Position numbers and translations under genes: made by a program. A DNA stretch of 61,872 nucleotides, counting the filler. It is 10 parts of 10 records of this genome, joined end to end, with 100 filler letters (N's around TTAATTAATTAA, not from the genome) between each part and the next. Parts side by side here need not be neighbours in the genome. Positions count along the whole stretch, not along the records: positions 21,847 to 28,839 come from SRR7504441_4277; positions 28,940 to 33,094 come from SRR7504441_4284; positions 33,195 to 41,005 come from SRR7504441_4285; 7 more parts are not named here. The stretch is one strand, 5' to 3'. This document shows positions 21,847-33,419 of the stretch, piece after piece (positions within the stretch are counted from its first letter, which is position 1; every line of letters starts with the position of its first letter). The notes beneath the pieces are model-generated. The model was not told the DNA's origin. It searched no databases and saw only the letters and a list, made by a program, of their open reading frames with translations.

Positions 21847-23714
21847 TCTCAAGAAGGAAATCCGCGATCTTAAGGTGGCCAACAACACCCTGGTAGGCCA
21901 ACAAAGCCAGGCTGCGGCGGAGGGGTCACCAGCTGCAATTCCTCTGCCCGATGATGCGACGTCCACAGAGGCTGAGCTGGCAGCAGCCCGAAACATTGCT
22001 TCTGAATTGACGCTCCGGCTAGAAGCACTACAGGATGAGAATGACGAGGTTGCAGATGAGGTCGAAGACTTACAGAACGAGATTAGGGCAAAAGAGAGTG
22101 CGCTCAAGGCCAAGGATGCTGAGCTCAAGGCCAAAGACGACTCGGTAGCAGAGTTGAAGGTTGAGCTTTGGGCACTTGAATCAAAACTACAGAGTGATGA
22201 CGAGAAAACCTTCAAGGAGCAGCTCGGCTTGCTTCGCGAGAAGCATCAGAAACTCCTGGTCGAGAAACAGGCGCTATCTGACCAGCTGTCCAAGAAGGAC
22301 AACTGGATGGATTCCCTCGCACAACTTAATGAAAAAGAGGAGCAGATTGAGTTGAAACAGCAAGAAATCGATAGGCTTCGTATGGAAAATGAGACTGGCC
22401 AAGCTTCAGCCATCATTCAGTTTCGCGAGCAGATGGCAGAAAAGGAAAGTCAAATCGAGCGGATGCAGCAGGAACTTGATCTTCTCCGAGAGTCTGATAA
22501 GGCGCTATTGCACGAGGGTCTAAAGCGAGAGCAAGCAGAGCTTCGGGAAAAGCATCAGGAACTCGTGCTAGAAAACCAAAACCTAGTGTTTGACCTCGAG
22601 GACTCTGCAGAGCAAGTGGCCGAGCTAGACGAACTGAAGGCGACGCATAGGGACTTGATCGATGAGAACAAGAGGCTGAGGGCTGAGCTGAGCATATTCC
22701 AGAAAACGGAGCATGCCAAAACATTAGCGAACCTTGAGGCTGCCAAGAATAATATCAAGCGTCTCAAAAAGAAAACCGAGGACAATCAAAATGCGGAGAG
22801 TGAACTGATAGATAGCCAGACAGAACTCGCCAAAATCAGGTAACTGGTCCCACTATAGTGCACATGGTGGTGCTAACGCAGGTCTTGCTTCAGGTTAGAA
22901 TCGGAGGATCTGCGGCTTGAATTAACAACACTACAGACGGAGCATAGGGCGGCACAGGCGGAGAAGCAAGCATTAGTTGAAGACAACGAAGTCTTACAAT
23001 CCAAGTTATCAGTTGCACTCGATCAGCTGCGACCACTCATGAAGCGGCTGGAAAATGCCGAGGCTGCCTTGGTGGATAATCGGCTGCTTGTGCGTGAGGC
23101 TGCAGCAATGCGGAGCAAGGTTGCGACAACACAGGAGGAGCTTGTCCACCTTAAGAAGAAGCTTGCCCAACAAGAGCCAGCAGCTGAATCCGAGCCCAAG
23201 CGGGCGTCCAGCTGGTTTAGCGGTCCGGTTCAGCCAATCACACCAGCGCAGCAAGCGAACATGGAGCAGGCAATTCGCCGGGAAAGGCAGGGTTTCTTTC
23301 AAGGGAACCCTCAAGCAAAACCCCCACAGCAAGAGTAACAACCGTGTCTGACTTGCTAGTTCTCGAAAGCCGACTGATATGCTGCATGGCAGGCAGCAGC
23401 AGGAGTCTGAAGACGAAGCCGATGTTGCAGAGACGCAGCCTCAACAGGGCTGGTTTACATCCATCCCAGCACTTAGGGCGCAACAACGGCTCAAGCATGG
23501 GCTCAGGCGCAAGTAAGTGCTTAATGCTTAGGGGCCTGCTTGCTTATGTTTGTGGGATTCCAGTAGCCGTACCGCTGAGCCTCCTTCAAATTTTGACCGA
23601 GACTTGATTGACGAGATACACAAGAAGAGGGAAGCCAACCGGAAAGGTGCCACGGGAGCAAAAACTGAGCACGATATCGATGGCGATTCATCTTCGGACA
23701 TTGATGCTGGGTGA
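21847..23714 (+). CDS. Long coiled-coil protein (5' truncated), 3 introns of about 51-58 nt
   Basis: E/K/L-rich heptads; GTAACT, GTAACA and GTAAGT donors join ORFs 21875-22843, 23039-23338 and a last exon ending TGA 23712-23714. Confidence 0.7.
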
Positions 23715-24092
23715 GGCTAGGCTGAAGCTAAGTATTTAGTTGACCAGCGACAATATTAGACGAATATGAAACATCATTTCAAGATAATTACCAGATAATA
23801 TCATGAAAAATGAGCACTAGATTTACAGCATGTCTGGCCGTTGCTACTGTAGCCGCCACTTGCTCAAGACCAGAATAAACCCATTGAGTTATTCGTGTTG
23901 ATTTTATAATATACGGATGACCATTTTATATAAGAATTTGCTCAAGCTTAACCAATTGTTGGGATTGAGAAAGCTCTCTCAATCTACTCTCAATCAGGAT
24001 TGAAGAAGAGCTCAATAGAAATGCTGAATGTACTGTACGTAGTAAAGTCATGAGCCAATGCCACAAGCTTGGCCGGACGCAGGACCTTGACT

Positions 24093-25292
24093 TCAGGGCT
24101 GTGCCGGCTCGGGTTTGACCGGCGATGCGTTTTGAAGCATCGAAGACAGCATCGCCAGAGAGACGGGCTCACAGATGATCGGTTCTTGTTTGTTGCAAGG
24201 TACACACTCAAGGCACGCGCTCCGAACGTGGCCGTGGATGCAGATGCCCTCGGCGCGGCATTCCTTGCATGAGTTGCGTTGGTTCCCGTGCTTGCATGGT
24301 ACTTTGCCGCCGCATTCCTTGCACTGGCACCGCCTCCTGCCATGAACGCACAACTGGCTGCCTCCGCATTCCTTGCAGAGCGAGCGCTCCTTGCGGTGCT
24401 TGCAGATTGTGCTGCCTCCGCAGTCCTTGCAGCGGCTTCGCCGCCGACCATGCTCGCAGATGCTGCTTCCGCCACAGTCCTTGCAGCGGCTCCTCTCGCG
24501 TTTGTGTTCGCAGATGCTGCTTCCGCCACAATCCTTGCAGCGGCTCCTGGGCCGCCCATGCGTACACAGGCTGCTGCCGCCACACTCCTTGCAGAGCCGA
24601 CGTTCGCGCCCGTGAGCGCAGATGGCGCTTCCACCGCATTCCTTGCAGAGCCGGCGGCGCCGGCCATGCTGACAGATGGCCTTGCCTCCGCATTCTTGGC
24701 AGAGACTCCGGCGCCTTCCATGGGCGCACAGCCCGCTGCCGCCACACTGGGTGCACTCGTTCCGCCGGCGCTTGTGCTCGCAAATGCCCTTGCCGTTGCA
24801 GTCCTTGCACAACCGGCGTCGCCGGCCGTGCTCGCAGATGCTTATGCCTCCGCAGTCGATGCATTCGCTCTTCCGACGGCCGTGGCCACAGAACGAGCTT
24901 CCGCCGCAATCCTTGCAACGATCATGCCGCCGGCCGTGTTCGCACATGATGGTCGATCGGCCGCCCTGAAGCTTGCGCGGCTTGACACTCTCGTCGTCCT
25001 CGTCCTCGTCCTCGTCATACCGCCGGGGCCGCTTGGCCCCCCGGGACGGTCTGCCGGTGCTCGATACTAGGTTCTTGCTGGCCGTCAGACTCGAGATGGC
25101 CGCGATCGCCATGGTTTCCGACTCCTCGGGGATCGCGTTCAAGGAAGCCTCGTTCGAACCATCGGAGGAACACCCGGAGACGAGCGCGGCGATCGCCTCG
25201 GTTTCGTCCTCCGGGCCACTCGCCTCCTCGTCGCGTTGGGCCCGGTCTGCCATCAAGAGCGCATCCAGCGCATCCAGCTCCAGCCCCGGCAT
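24093..25292 (-). CDS. Putative zinc-binding repeat protein with 14 tandem CxHx6CxxC units and an acidic/NLS-like N-terminus
   Basis: ATG 25292 (MPGLELDAL); AKRPRR basic patch; 18-aa unit CEHGRRRSRCKDCGGSSI repeated 14 times. Confidence 0.85.
   Translation of the reverse strand: MPGLELDALDALLMADRAQRDEEASGPEDETEAIAALVSGCSSDGSNEASLNAIPEESETMAIAAISSLTASKNLVSSTGRPSRGAKRPRRYDEDEDEDDESVKPRKLQGGRSTIMCEHGRRHDRCKDCGGSSFCGHGRRKSECIDCGGISICEHGRRRRLCKDCNGKGICEHKRRRNECTQCGGSGLCAHGRRRSLCQECGGKAICQHGRRRRLCKECGGSAICAHGRERRLCKECGGSSLCTHGRPRSRCKDCGGSSICEHKRERSRCKDCGGSSICEHGRRRSRCKDCGGSTICKHRKERSLCKECGGSQLCVHGRRRCQCKECGGKVPCKHGNQRNSCKECRAEGICIHGHVRSACLECVPCNKQEPIICEPVSLAMLSSMLQNASPVKPEPAQP
24189..24944 (-). 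repeat. Coding tandem repeat, 14 x 54 nt
   Basis: Degenerate 54-nt period (e.g. recurring TCCTTGCA on the + strand) encoding the Cys/His unit. Confidence 0.9.
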
Positions 25293-25434
25293 TTCGAGGC
25301 TCAACGCGCGCGCCGAGGGACACGCGAACGCCCAGCTTCTTCTTGTTGGCGAGCGAGCAGCTGCAGCTGCAGTCGGCCGATAAAAAAAATTAAAAGCGAC
25401 CCCCGCAGGCGCTTGACACAGTGCAGAGCCCGAG

Positions 25435-26025
25435 ATGCCCAGCGTGCCGTGGGGCCATGCGGCGGTGGCAGCAGTGGCTGCATTAGGTGCAGCGGCAGCA
25501 GCTGCAGTGGCGCGGCGCGGGAAGCCGGGCGGCGCCGCGCGTCTGTCGTTCCGGCAGGCTAGGCCGACCGATTCGGGACAGTTGATGAGTCTGATCCGGC
25601 AGCTGGCAGAGGACGAGGGCGCCGAGGGCGGCAGCGCGGTGGTCCGAGTGACCGACACCCAGTTGGCCGCTGGGCTTGGCCGCGGCGAGTGCGAGGCGGT
25701 TCTGGCCGACTCAGGCGGGCGAGTGGTCGGGTTTGCGTTGTACAGCTGGGGCTGGTCGAGCTGGGAGGGCGGCACACTGGCGCTGGACGATTTGTTCGTG
25801 TGCCGGGGCCACCGGGGCCGCGGGATAGGCAGCGCGCTGCTGGGCGAGCTGATGAGGCGGGCGCTGGATCGGGGGGCCGGCCGGATTGCGTGGATGTCCC
25901 TGCGGACCAACCAGCCGGCCAACCGATTCTACGAGGCCACTGTGCGGGCCAGCCGGCGGGACGAGGTGCACTGCTGGCTGCTCGACCGGCCAGGCATGCA
26001 GCGCTTTGTGGCCCAGACCAGTTAA
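25435..26025 (+). CDS. GNAT N-acetyltransferase, diamine/spermidine acetyltransferase (SSAT)-like
   Basis: FRQARPTD..LIRQLA, VVGFALY..WSSWEG..LALDDLFV..HRGRGIGSALL (acetyl-CoA motif), NQPANRFY; hydrophobic Ala-rich N-terminal extension. Confidence 0.88.
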   Translation: MPSVPWGHAAVAAVAALGAAAAAAVARRGKPGGAARLSFRQARPTDSGQLMSLIRQLAEDEGAEGGSAVVRVTDTQLAAGLGRGECEAVLADSGGRVVGFALYSWGWSSWEGGTLALDDLFVCRGHRGRGIGSALLGELMRRALDRGAGRIAWMSLRTNQPANRFYEATVRASRRDEVHCWLLDRPGMQRFVAQTS

Positions 26026-26353
26026 TCCGGCAACACTGTATGTAGGCTCGTTGTGTTTGAATGGTGAGTGTTACTGCGTACGTACGAGTACGAGTACAAT
26101 CCGTAGTACAATCCGGCTAGCTTTGAACATTATTTGAACATAAGTACTGACCAGCTTAAAGCTCGAGCCTAACATGGCTTAGAAACTAAATGGTCTACAT
26201 GTGATACAGTATCGGTTTAAAAATATATATCACCTGGGGCACCGCCTGCCGGCTTAGTAAGACTTAGTACGTATACTCTCGTAATCGTTGCGTACTCGTA
26301 CGTAGTGCGATACAAGTACTAGATCGATGTGGCGGAGCCATTCAGGCGTGCTT

Positions 26354-28581
26354 CTAGGCTTGCTCTACCGGCGGCTGCATGAACGTCCTCATCAGCAGGG
26401 TCGGCTCGAGCAGCTCGGGCTGGTTGCGCTTCTGGGCGCAGCTCGCTACCTGCCTGAGCATCCGCCGGTAGTCCTCTGGCTGTGTCCGCTTCATGTGCGA
26501 CAGAAGGAACCTGCTTGCCAGCTCGGCCACAGTCGGCTCCTTATCGTTGACTAGCGTCTGAAACAGCTTCACCGACCCAAGTGGGCCATCCCCGGCGGTT
26601 GCCTCCGTGTGCTCAATCAGCAGCGTGAGCGCCGTCAGCCTGCAGGCTCACAGCTCATCCAAGCCGGGCCGGTGAGGCACCGGTCGTGACTGGAGGCAAA
26701 CATGAGTGAGCCAAACATGTGCTCGAGCAGCCTCCGGTCGAGTGCCAGCAGCAGCGGCCTGCTCACGAGCAGCTCACCCCGGCAGAAGAGCTGGCTGAGC
26801 GACCCAGCGCTGCAGCCCCCGGTGAGCCGGCCCGGGCACGGCACGCACTCGGTTTGGAAGCAGTGGTCAAGTCTGCCGATTGCGAAGCAGCCGAGCAGCC
26901 GGAGCACCAGCTGGAGCATCCCGAGCCCAATCACTTGCTCGCGCCGCGAGGCGTCAACCAAAGCCCCGAGCAGAAGCCCCAGTCTGGGCGCAAGCTCGCC
27001 CGGCGCCTCGGTCCGGAGCTTGATCAGCTGCCCCGGGTGAGCGCCCGGCCCGGCCCGGGGCCTACCTGCAGCTCGACCACAGACAGCCAGAGCAGCGCGG
27101 TGGCCAGTGATTGGCGGACTACCCCGACCACCGTCCCGCGCGCCTTCGGCTGCTCGAACTGCGCCGACAGCCCGATCAGCTTCTGCCGCTTGTGATCGCC
27201 GTCGGTGCCGCTGAACGTGGCCACCACCTCTGTCGTGCTGAGCGTGCCCACAGGGGTCTCGGCCGGCACGGCGAGCGCGAGCTGACTGAGCTTGCCCAAA
27301 AAGCTCTGTGCCATCCAGTCCAGCGCCTCACTGGCTGGATCGAGCTGCCGCCGGACCAGACTGAGTACTTGCTGCTGGGCGCCGGACGGCTGGTGCACAG
27401 TGAGCGAGCGGAGTATCTCGGGGCCGTCCAGCGCAACCAGCGCCCGATGCAGCTGCCTGACCTCCTTTTCTGACGGCTGGCAGTGCGGCGGAGCCTTGGC
27501 CAGGCAGAGCGCGCCGATCTGGTCGAATATGAGCATGAAGACCAGCTGCTGGGTCACGCGCGAGTCGGCCAGCCGCCACACCCCGAGCAGTTGGTCTAGA
27601 GCTGGGCCGGACAGATCGTGCTCCGGCTTGCAGTCCGAGCTGTAGCTCAACTGGACGAGCAGCCGCGCCAGCATCCCGCTCCCAGGCACCGACCCACTGT
27701 GCCGCAGCAGCAGCAGCACCGTCTCCACCGAGAAGCACCGGGCAAACCGGTCGATTATCTGGGCTTTATCCACGCACAGGAAGAGCACCAGAGCCTCTGC
27801 CCGCTGCCACGCCTGCCGCCCGCTCCGAGCTGCCCCGGGCCCGCACCCACCTCAGGCCCGTGGATGTGCCCGTGCGCGCGCATGCCGTCGAGCAGCTCTC
27901 CAGCCAGCCTGGCGAGCTCGATCTGAGGCTGCTCGTCGGGGTCAGGTCGAAGCAGGTGCGCATGCAGCGACAGGTTCAGGATCAGGTCCAGCCCGGCCGG
28001 CGCGCCCTGCGGGTGCCCGGCTAGGCTGAGCACGTACTGCCGGAGCTGGGCTATCCCGTCGGCCCGGTCGGCGCTTATTCCGTCCATCATGACCTGCCCC
28101 CAGACTCTGCCCGCTCTCCAGGGCCAGCCACCTTGGTGAGTACCAGCCCGGCCTCCCGTCGGCCGACCGGGTCGAGCAGTCGGCGCTTGACCAGATCAAG
28201 CTCGTCGGGCTGGAGCTCCAGGCGGGCCTGCTCCGGGTACAACTTGAACTGGAACAACTGGCCGGTCCGGCTCTGGACGGCCGGCGGGCGCCAGGCCGGC
28301 TGCTGGCCTCTGACAGCATCCCGCGGGTCGAGCTGGCCGCGGTTGTCCAGCTTGAGGTGCCCACTGAAGCAGCGGCACTGCAGCAGCGACCCGACCGGCG
28401 GGAGCGGCCCCTCGGCCTGCCAGCGCGCCACCAGCGTCGAGACAGTGTCGCCGGGCATCTCGAGGGTGTCCAGCTTCTCGCACGGCTCCTGACCCGCCGG
28501 ATCCTCCCGATCAAAGACCATCCGCCGAAGCTGGGCCATCGCCTCGGCCCGGTCCGGCTGCCCGAACGTAGTGGATACCAT
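26354..28581 (-). CDS. Alpha-helical protein resembling the plant CLoG1 / At3g12590 family, 4 introns
   Basis: Spliced product has EAGLVLTKVMMD, LDLILNLSLHAHLL and C-terminal VAELASRFLLSHMKRTQPEDYRRMLRQVASCAQ, recalled as similar to the plant family motifs FDLILNLGVHAHLL and SAFLLKRMM..PEKYQ; introns are 38-41 nt. Confidence 0.6.
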
Positions 28582-28839
28582 GCCAAGATGTTGATTCAAC
28601 TTTTTTGCGATTCGGATGTTCAGACCCTCTGCGTTGTCTCTTAGATCTAATCTGATCTATAGAGTGCCCAGACCCTCTAGATACATGTACTAACAAATTG
28701 CTTTTGTTCTTCAAACAGTAGCCACATTTAGACGTACGTTTTAGTTAAATTCGTCATTGAATCAATTTGGTTTTTGGACGATTTTTATTTTAACTCGAGA
28801 GCAACTTTAGGTTTCTGGACGATCTAATTACTTCTTGTG

Positions 28840-28939
28840 NNNNNNNNNNNNNNNNNNNNNNNNNNNNNNNNNNNNNNNNNNNNTTAATTAATTAANNNNN
28901 NNNNNNNNNNNNNNNNNNNNNNNNNNNNNNNNNNNNNNN
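28840..28939. other. Artificial contig linker
   Basis: N44-TTAATTAATTAA-N44. Confidence 0.98.
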
Positions 28940-31900
28940 CTAGCAGCGATGTCGCCGGAGGAGAGGGCATTAGCGCATGCATTGGAGGTGGCCTCGCAAC
29001 AGATTCAAGCGGCAATGCGTGGCCTCGAAGCGAGAAAAGCGGCAAAGGCCGGGATGGATATTCAAGAGACACTCAAAATGGCTCAACACACTGTTATGGC
29101 TGCCGCTGAGGAGATTCAAGCTGTAATACGAGGCAACGAAGCTCGGCGGCGAGTGGAAACTAGGCTGCTAGAACTGCCTGCAGCAGATCTAGCACTCATG
29201 AGGGAGGCAAGCTCCTATTTCAACGAGATGAGGGCAGCGAAAAATAATTTCAAGCTGGCCCAAGAATCAGGCGATCCGGAGGTCATTTGTTCTGATAATG
29301 GGCGATTGACTTAATGTGGTGTGACAGATGATTGCAAAGGCCATGGAAGACGTCAAGAAGATGTTAGCGGTCGAGAAGCCATCTGCAGTAGCTATGAAAG
29401 TCCTCCGAAGAGAGAAAAGGCAGGCTGTAATGAACTCATTGACCCCGCAACAGAGAGCAGCAGTGCAAGAATCTTCTCCAGAAGGTCGAGCTCATGCGCT
29501 AGAAGGCTTGTCTCCACAGGAACAGGTGCAAGCACTCAAGGCGCTTTCCAAGAAAGAACGTGCTCTTGTGATGGCGTCGATGAGTCAAGAGCAGCAGGCT
29601 GCCGTATTGGCTGAGAAACGAGAAGCTAAGGCAAGACGGATCAACAAGCCTTCCACACAGTTCGGTGGTGAGGAGATGGCGTACCGAGGTCTGGCTGGTG
29701 AGGTCAATGGAGCAATGCTCCAAAACATGGCACCTGAGGAAAGGGCAAAGATACTTGCAGCAATGCCGCCTGAAGAACAAGCTGAGATACTTGCAGCAAT
29801 GTCCCCCGATGAACGAGCTGAAGTAATTGCAGCCCAGGGTCCAATGGCACTGATGTCTCCAAGTCTTGCTCAAAGACAGGCAGCCATCAATCATATAGCC
29901 CATCCTGGAGCTGTAGCGGGTGGAGGCGCTCATTTTGGTGGGGGCACGGGTGGTGTAGTGCCGGGCGACTACACTGGGTACTTGGGTAGGACTGGTCAAG
30001 ATGGAAGGGCGCTAGTAGGAACAGAAGGCACCGGATTGTCTCCAAGCCGGCAAGCTCAGCTGCTTCATCCGTCTCTCAGTGAGCTTGATCCAACAGCCAG
30101 AGCAGAAGCAGCAGTTAAACAAGCAGCTTTAGCCAGAGAGACGCGTAACTCAAGAATGTCTAGCCATCTGAACCCTCTCCGCCACGCTCCCAGAGAGATG
30201 CCTGACCACAGGCCCACAGAGATGCATCATTCAGAAGACTTTCAGGGAATCAGTGATTCTTCGGACTCTGATTCCATTGAAGGTTTTGAGTGTGAGGCAG
30301 CTTTTTGGACCAAAAGGTTTGTGCTAAATCTGTGTGACGAGGAAGCACATATTACTATCAAGGCGAAAGAATGCATATCTCAATGGTGTGATAACATGAA
30401 CGCAGTCACTCTTTCGGAGACAGTCAAGGCTCCCCTTACTCAGGACACGCACGACAGTGGTACGCAGTCAAGTGAGATGTACCAATATCAATGGCCATCA
30501 GCTGCAGAACCATTCGAGGGAGTCCGCTCGCTCTCAGAGATCATGTCCCCAGATGTCCCTTTGGAGAAGCGGATCTCATTGATGTGTGCGAAGGCAGCGA
30601 ATGCTGTGAGCAGAGCAGACCGGGCGTCTCATATGTGTGACTCGATTACCGCAAGGAATATAGGAGACGCGCTGTTGCAAGAGACTGCAGCTGCAAGAGA
30701 GCGAATCGCTGTTGAGGCACAGATTGTAGCTCAGCAGCTCAAGGAGGAAGAGAACACCATTAAGATGACAGTGGAAACAAAGAGGCGACAACGTGAGCTT
30801 TGGCGCAAAGAGGTATTCCCCTTGTTGATCCTGTGTGACGCCTGCTTGCCCCTGTAGGAAGACAGGCAAGCAGCACAGGCTGAGCTGGCTAAACGAGCCA
30901 ACGATGCAGAATCGCGCGTGGATTCTGCTCAGGAGGTTCTTAATGAAGTGGAAGAATTGTCCGACATGCTCAAAAACAAAGAGATTGAAGAGGATGCGCT
31001 GGTCTATTCGGCCATCGAAGCGTTGGAGAGTGTGACCAATGCCACACCAGCAAAGGCAGAGGCAATTGCCTTGCAGCAGGAGATGGACGAGGTTGCTGGG
31101 CATGTCCGCGAGGTACGAGCTCAGGCCGCATAGCAGGTGCTGAGCGCATGTTTGGGTATAGGCCAAGATGCTTGCTGACCAAGTGATTGCAAAGAGCGAT
31201 CTCGAGTTTTTCGCAATGGTTCAGGAGGAGGAGCTTCGATTATCAGCAGACCGTGCAATTGAAGAGGCTGATGCAAAGGCCAAGATTGCGACAGCACGCC
31301 TCGCAGAGGATCCGAGTCTGCTGGGCAAGGTACTAACTCGGAAGAATGAGCCATCAAAAGACATCAAAGGCGCATCAACCCTGCAGGAGGCATCCATGGA
31401 TGCGGTATGCCGCGATGCCTGCTGAACCAGACTCATGGCTTTGTCCAGGTCATGGCGTCAGCCAAGAGCCAAGCAATGTGTGAGTTGGCCGAAACTACCT
31501 TGGATTCGATTGCAGCTGACATAGAGAAGCAAGAGGAACTCGAGAAGCAAACCACGCTATTCGAGCAGACGAAGGAGGACACCAGGGTGCTGGTCGAGCA
31601 GGCCTCGAATGCCTTGCTGGCGCTGGAGGTTGAAAGTGAGCGGGGTAAGCAGCTGGAAGAGGAGCAGCTTGCTGAGCAGCAGGTAATGGCGGCTGCTGAA
31701 AAGGTGGAGACCGATCTTGCAATGGGAATCGAGCTGCGTGATGCTGAAATTGTAGCAAGCTTTGGAACTCGGCGGCAGATGCGCACGCTAAGAATGTGGT
31801 TTGACATACACCGCCGACGGTTTAAGCTCAGGGCCGAGGCTGCCCTACTGCGCACGGAGGCGGCCTCCAAGGAGCAGTTAGCGAGGCTCGATGATACCCA

Positions 31901-32898
31901 AAGCTCGGAAGAAGCTACTGAAGAAGGGGAGATGAGCGATAGCAGCCAGGAGATGTCGTCGAGAAGAGTAGATAAACGCAAAACCAGGGGCCAGACTGAG
32001 AAGGATGCCTCTAAAGGGAGAGGCAGAATAGACTCAGGCAGGCCCTCTGGTCGGAATGATACAGAGCCGCAGGCATTAGAAAAATCAAGGGGTGAGTCAA
32101 AGAGTCCAAAATCTGGACGGCGTCGCTCGGTCGTCACGATCAATTTTCCTTCCTCTGAATCAGACGAGGAGGAAGTCCAGCAGGCAAGCACAAGGCGGGA
32201 GAAGAAGAATCCAAGCACGAGGGCGCAGCGCAAGGCCGCAGCGGAGAGCCCAGATCCAGATGTCGAGGATCATAGCAATGAACAGGATGTTGACAGTAAC
32301 GAACGCAGCAAGAGGAGGAAAGAGCAGCGAAAGAAGGGTGTGACCACTCCTGATAAGGAGCCGAAGGAGGAGCAATTTTCAGACGGACACGAGGATGAAT
32401 GGAATGTGCCGCTGACTGAGGATCGTCCAAAGCGCGACAAAAAGAGTCGTGGTGGTAAGGCAAAAGAAAAGCCAAACAAGCAAGACCGGACCGCTGTTGC
32501 GCCTGCATCTTCGGTTGGTTCTGCCCATGTCGAGGAAGGGCTGGATGACGTGATTTCTGTACCACTAGACTTTGGCGCACTGAGTTTGCCTCCACGTGGA
32601 CCACACTCACCTGTAGCTGTAACCCCACCCCCCAACCAGCAAGCACGGCCGCTTTATCCGCCACCCCTGGTGAGTTTTGGAATGGGCATTGAGTCGTGCT
32701 CAGTGTTGCGCTCTCAGGGAAGCAGTCCAAGCCCGAGCGAGTACTTTGTCCCTCAGGTGTATCGCTGACCCACCCTTGTAGTCCTGATTCCTGGGGCAGG
32801 ACCTGAGCGCAAACCATCTAAAGCGTTGGCTTCGATTCCGAGCGGATGCTGTTCATTCGCCAACAGCCCACTTAACCAATCTCCCTCCCTCTTGGTAG
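28940..32898 (+). CDS. Large protein (5' truncated) with IQ-like motifs, MSPEERA-type helical repeats, coiled coil and a disordered tail; 6 introns
   Basis: IQAAMRG and IQAVIRG; 12-aa repeats MAPEERAKILAA / MPPEEQAEILAA / MSPDERAEV; 43-49 nt GT-AG introns join all the + strand ORFs to TAG 32896-32898. Confidence 0.65.
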
Positions 32899-33094
32899 GG
32901 CTCCGTACATTCAGCTACGGTACGAGGATAAAGTTGTCAGATTCGGACTTTTTAAATTTCTTAATTAACACTCATAGGTACATTTATTAGAAATATAGAA
33001 CATAGGCCAACATCAGCACCCAGCGCTGGGCGGCGGGCATGTTATACATACAATATAATGTCATCTTGCGATCTGTCGAGTTCCCACACACGGT

Positions 33095-33194
33095 NNNNNN
33101 NNNNNNNNNNNNNNNNNNNNNNNNNNNNNNNNNNNNNNTTAATTAATTAANNNNNNNNNNNNNNNNNNNNNNNNNNNNNNNNNNNNNNNNNNNN
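33095..33194. other. Artificial contig linker
   Basis: N44-TTAATTAATTAA-N44. Confidence 0.98.
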
Positions 33195-33419
33195 AATCCT
33201 CTCGCGTGTAGCTAATACTAGTTGAAGTGACTACTCAAAGTCCCGCAACTCAAAACGACTCTTCAACTCTTCAGCTCTCGCTCCTCAGCTTTACTGTGGA
33301 CACAGCAGGCGGCGAGCTCCCACAACGCAGATATGCTGGTCTGTCGGTCTGTCTCCAGCTGTCCGGTTTTTATATATGAGGGCTCGGTGGTCTACTCACC
33401 ATCGGCACTTTCCGCACGC

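Noticed and set aside
24189-24944. CRISPR-like array
   Set aside because: The 54-nt period is a degenerate in-frame coding repeat with no unique spacers, and there are no cas genes.
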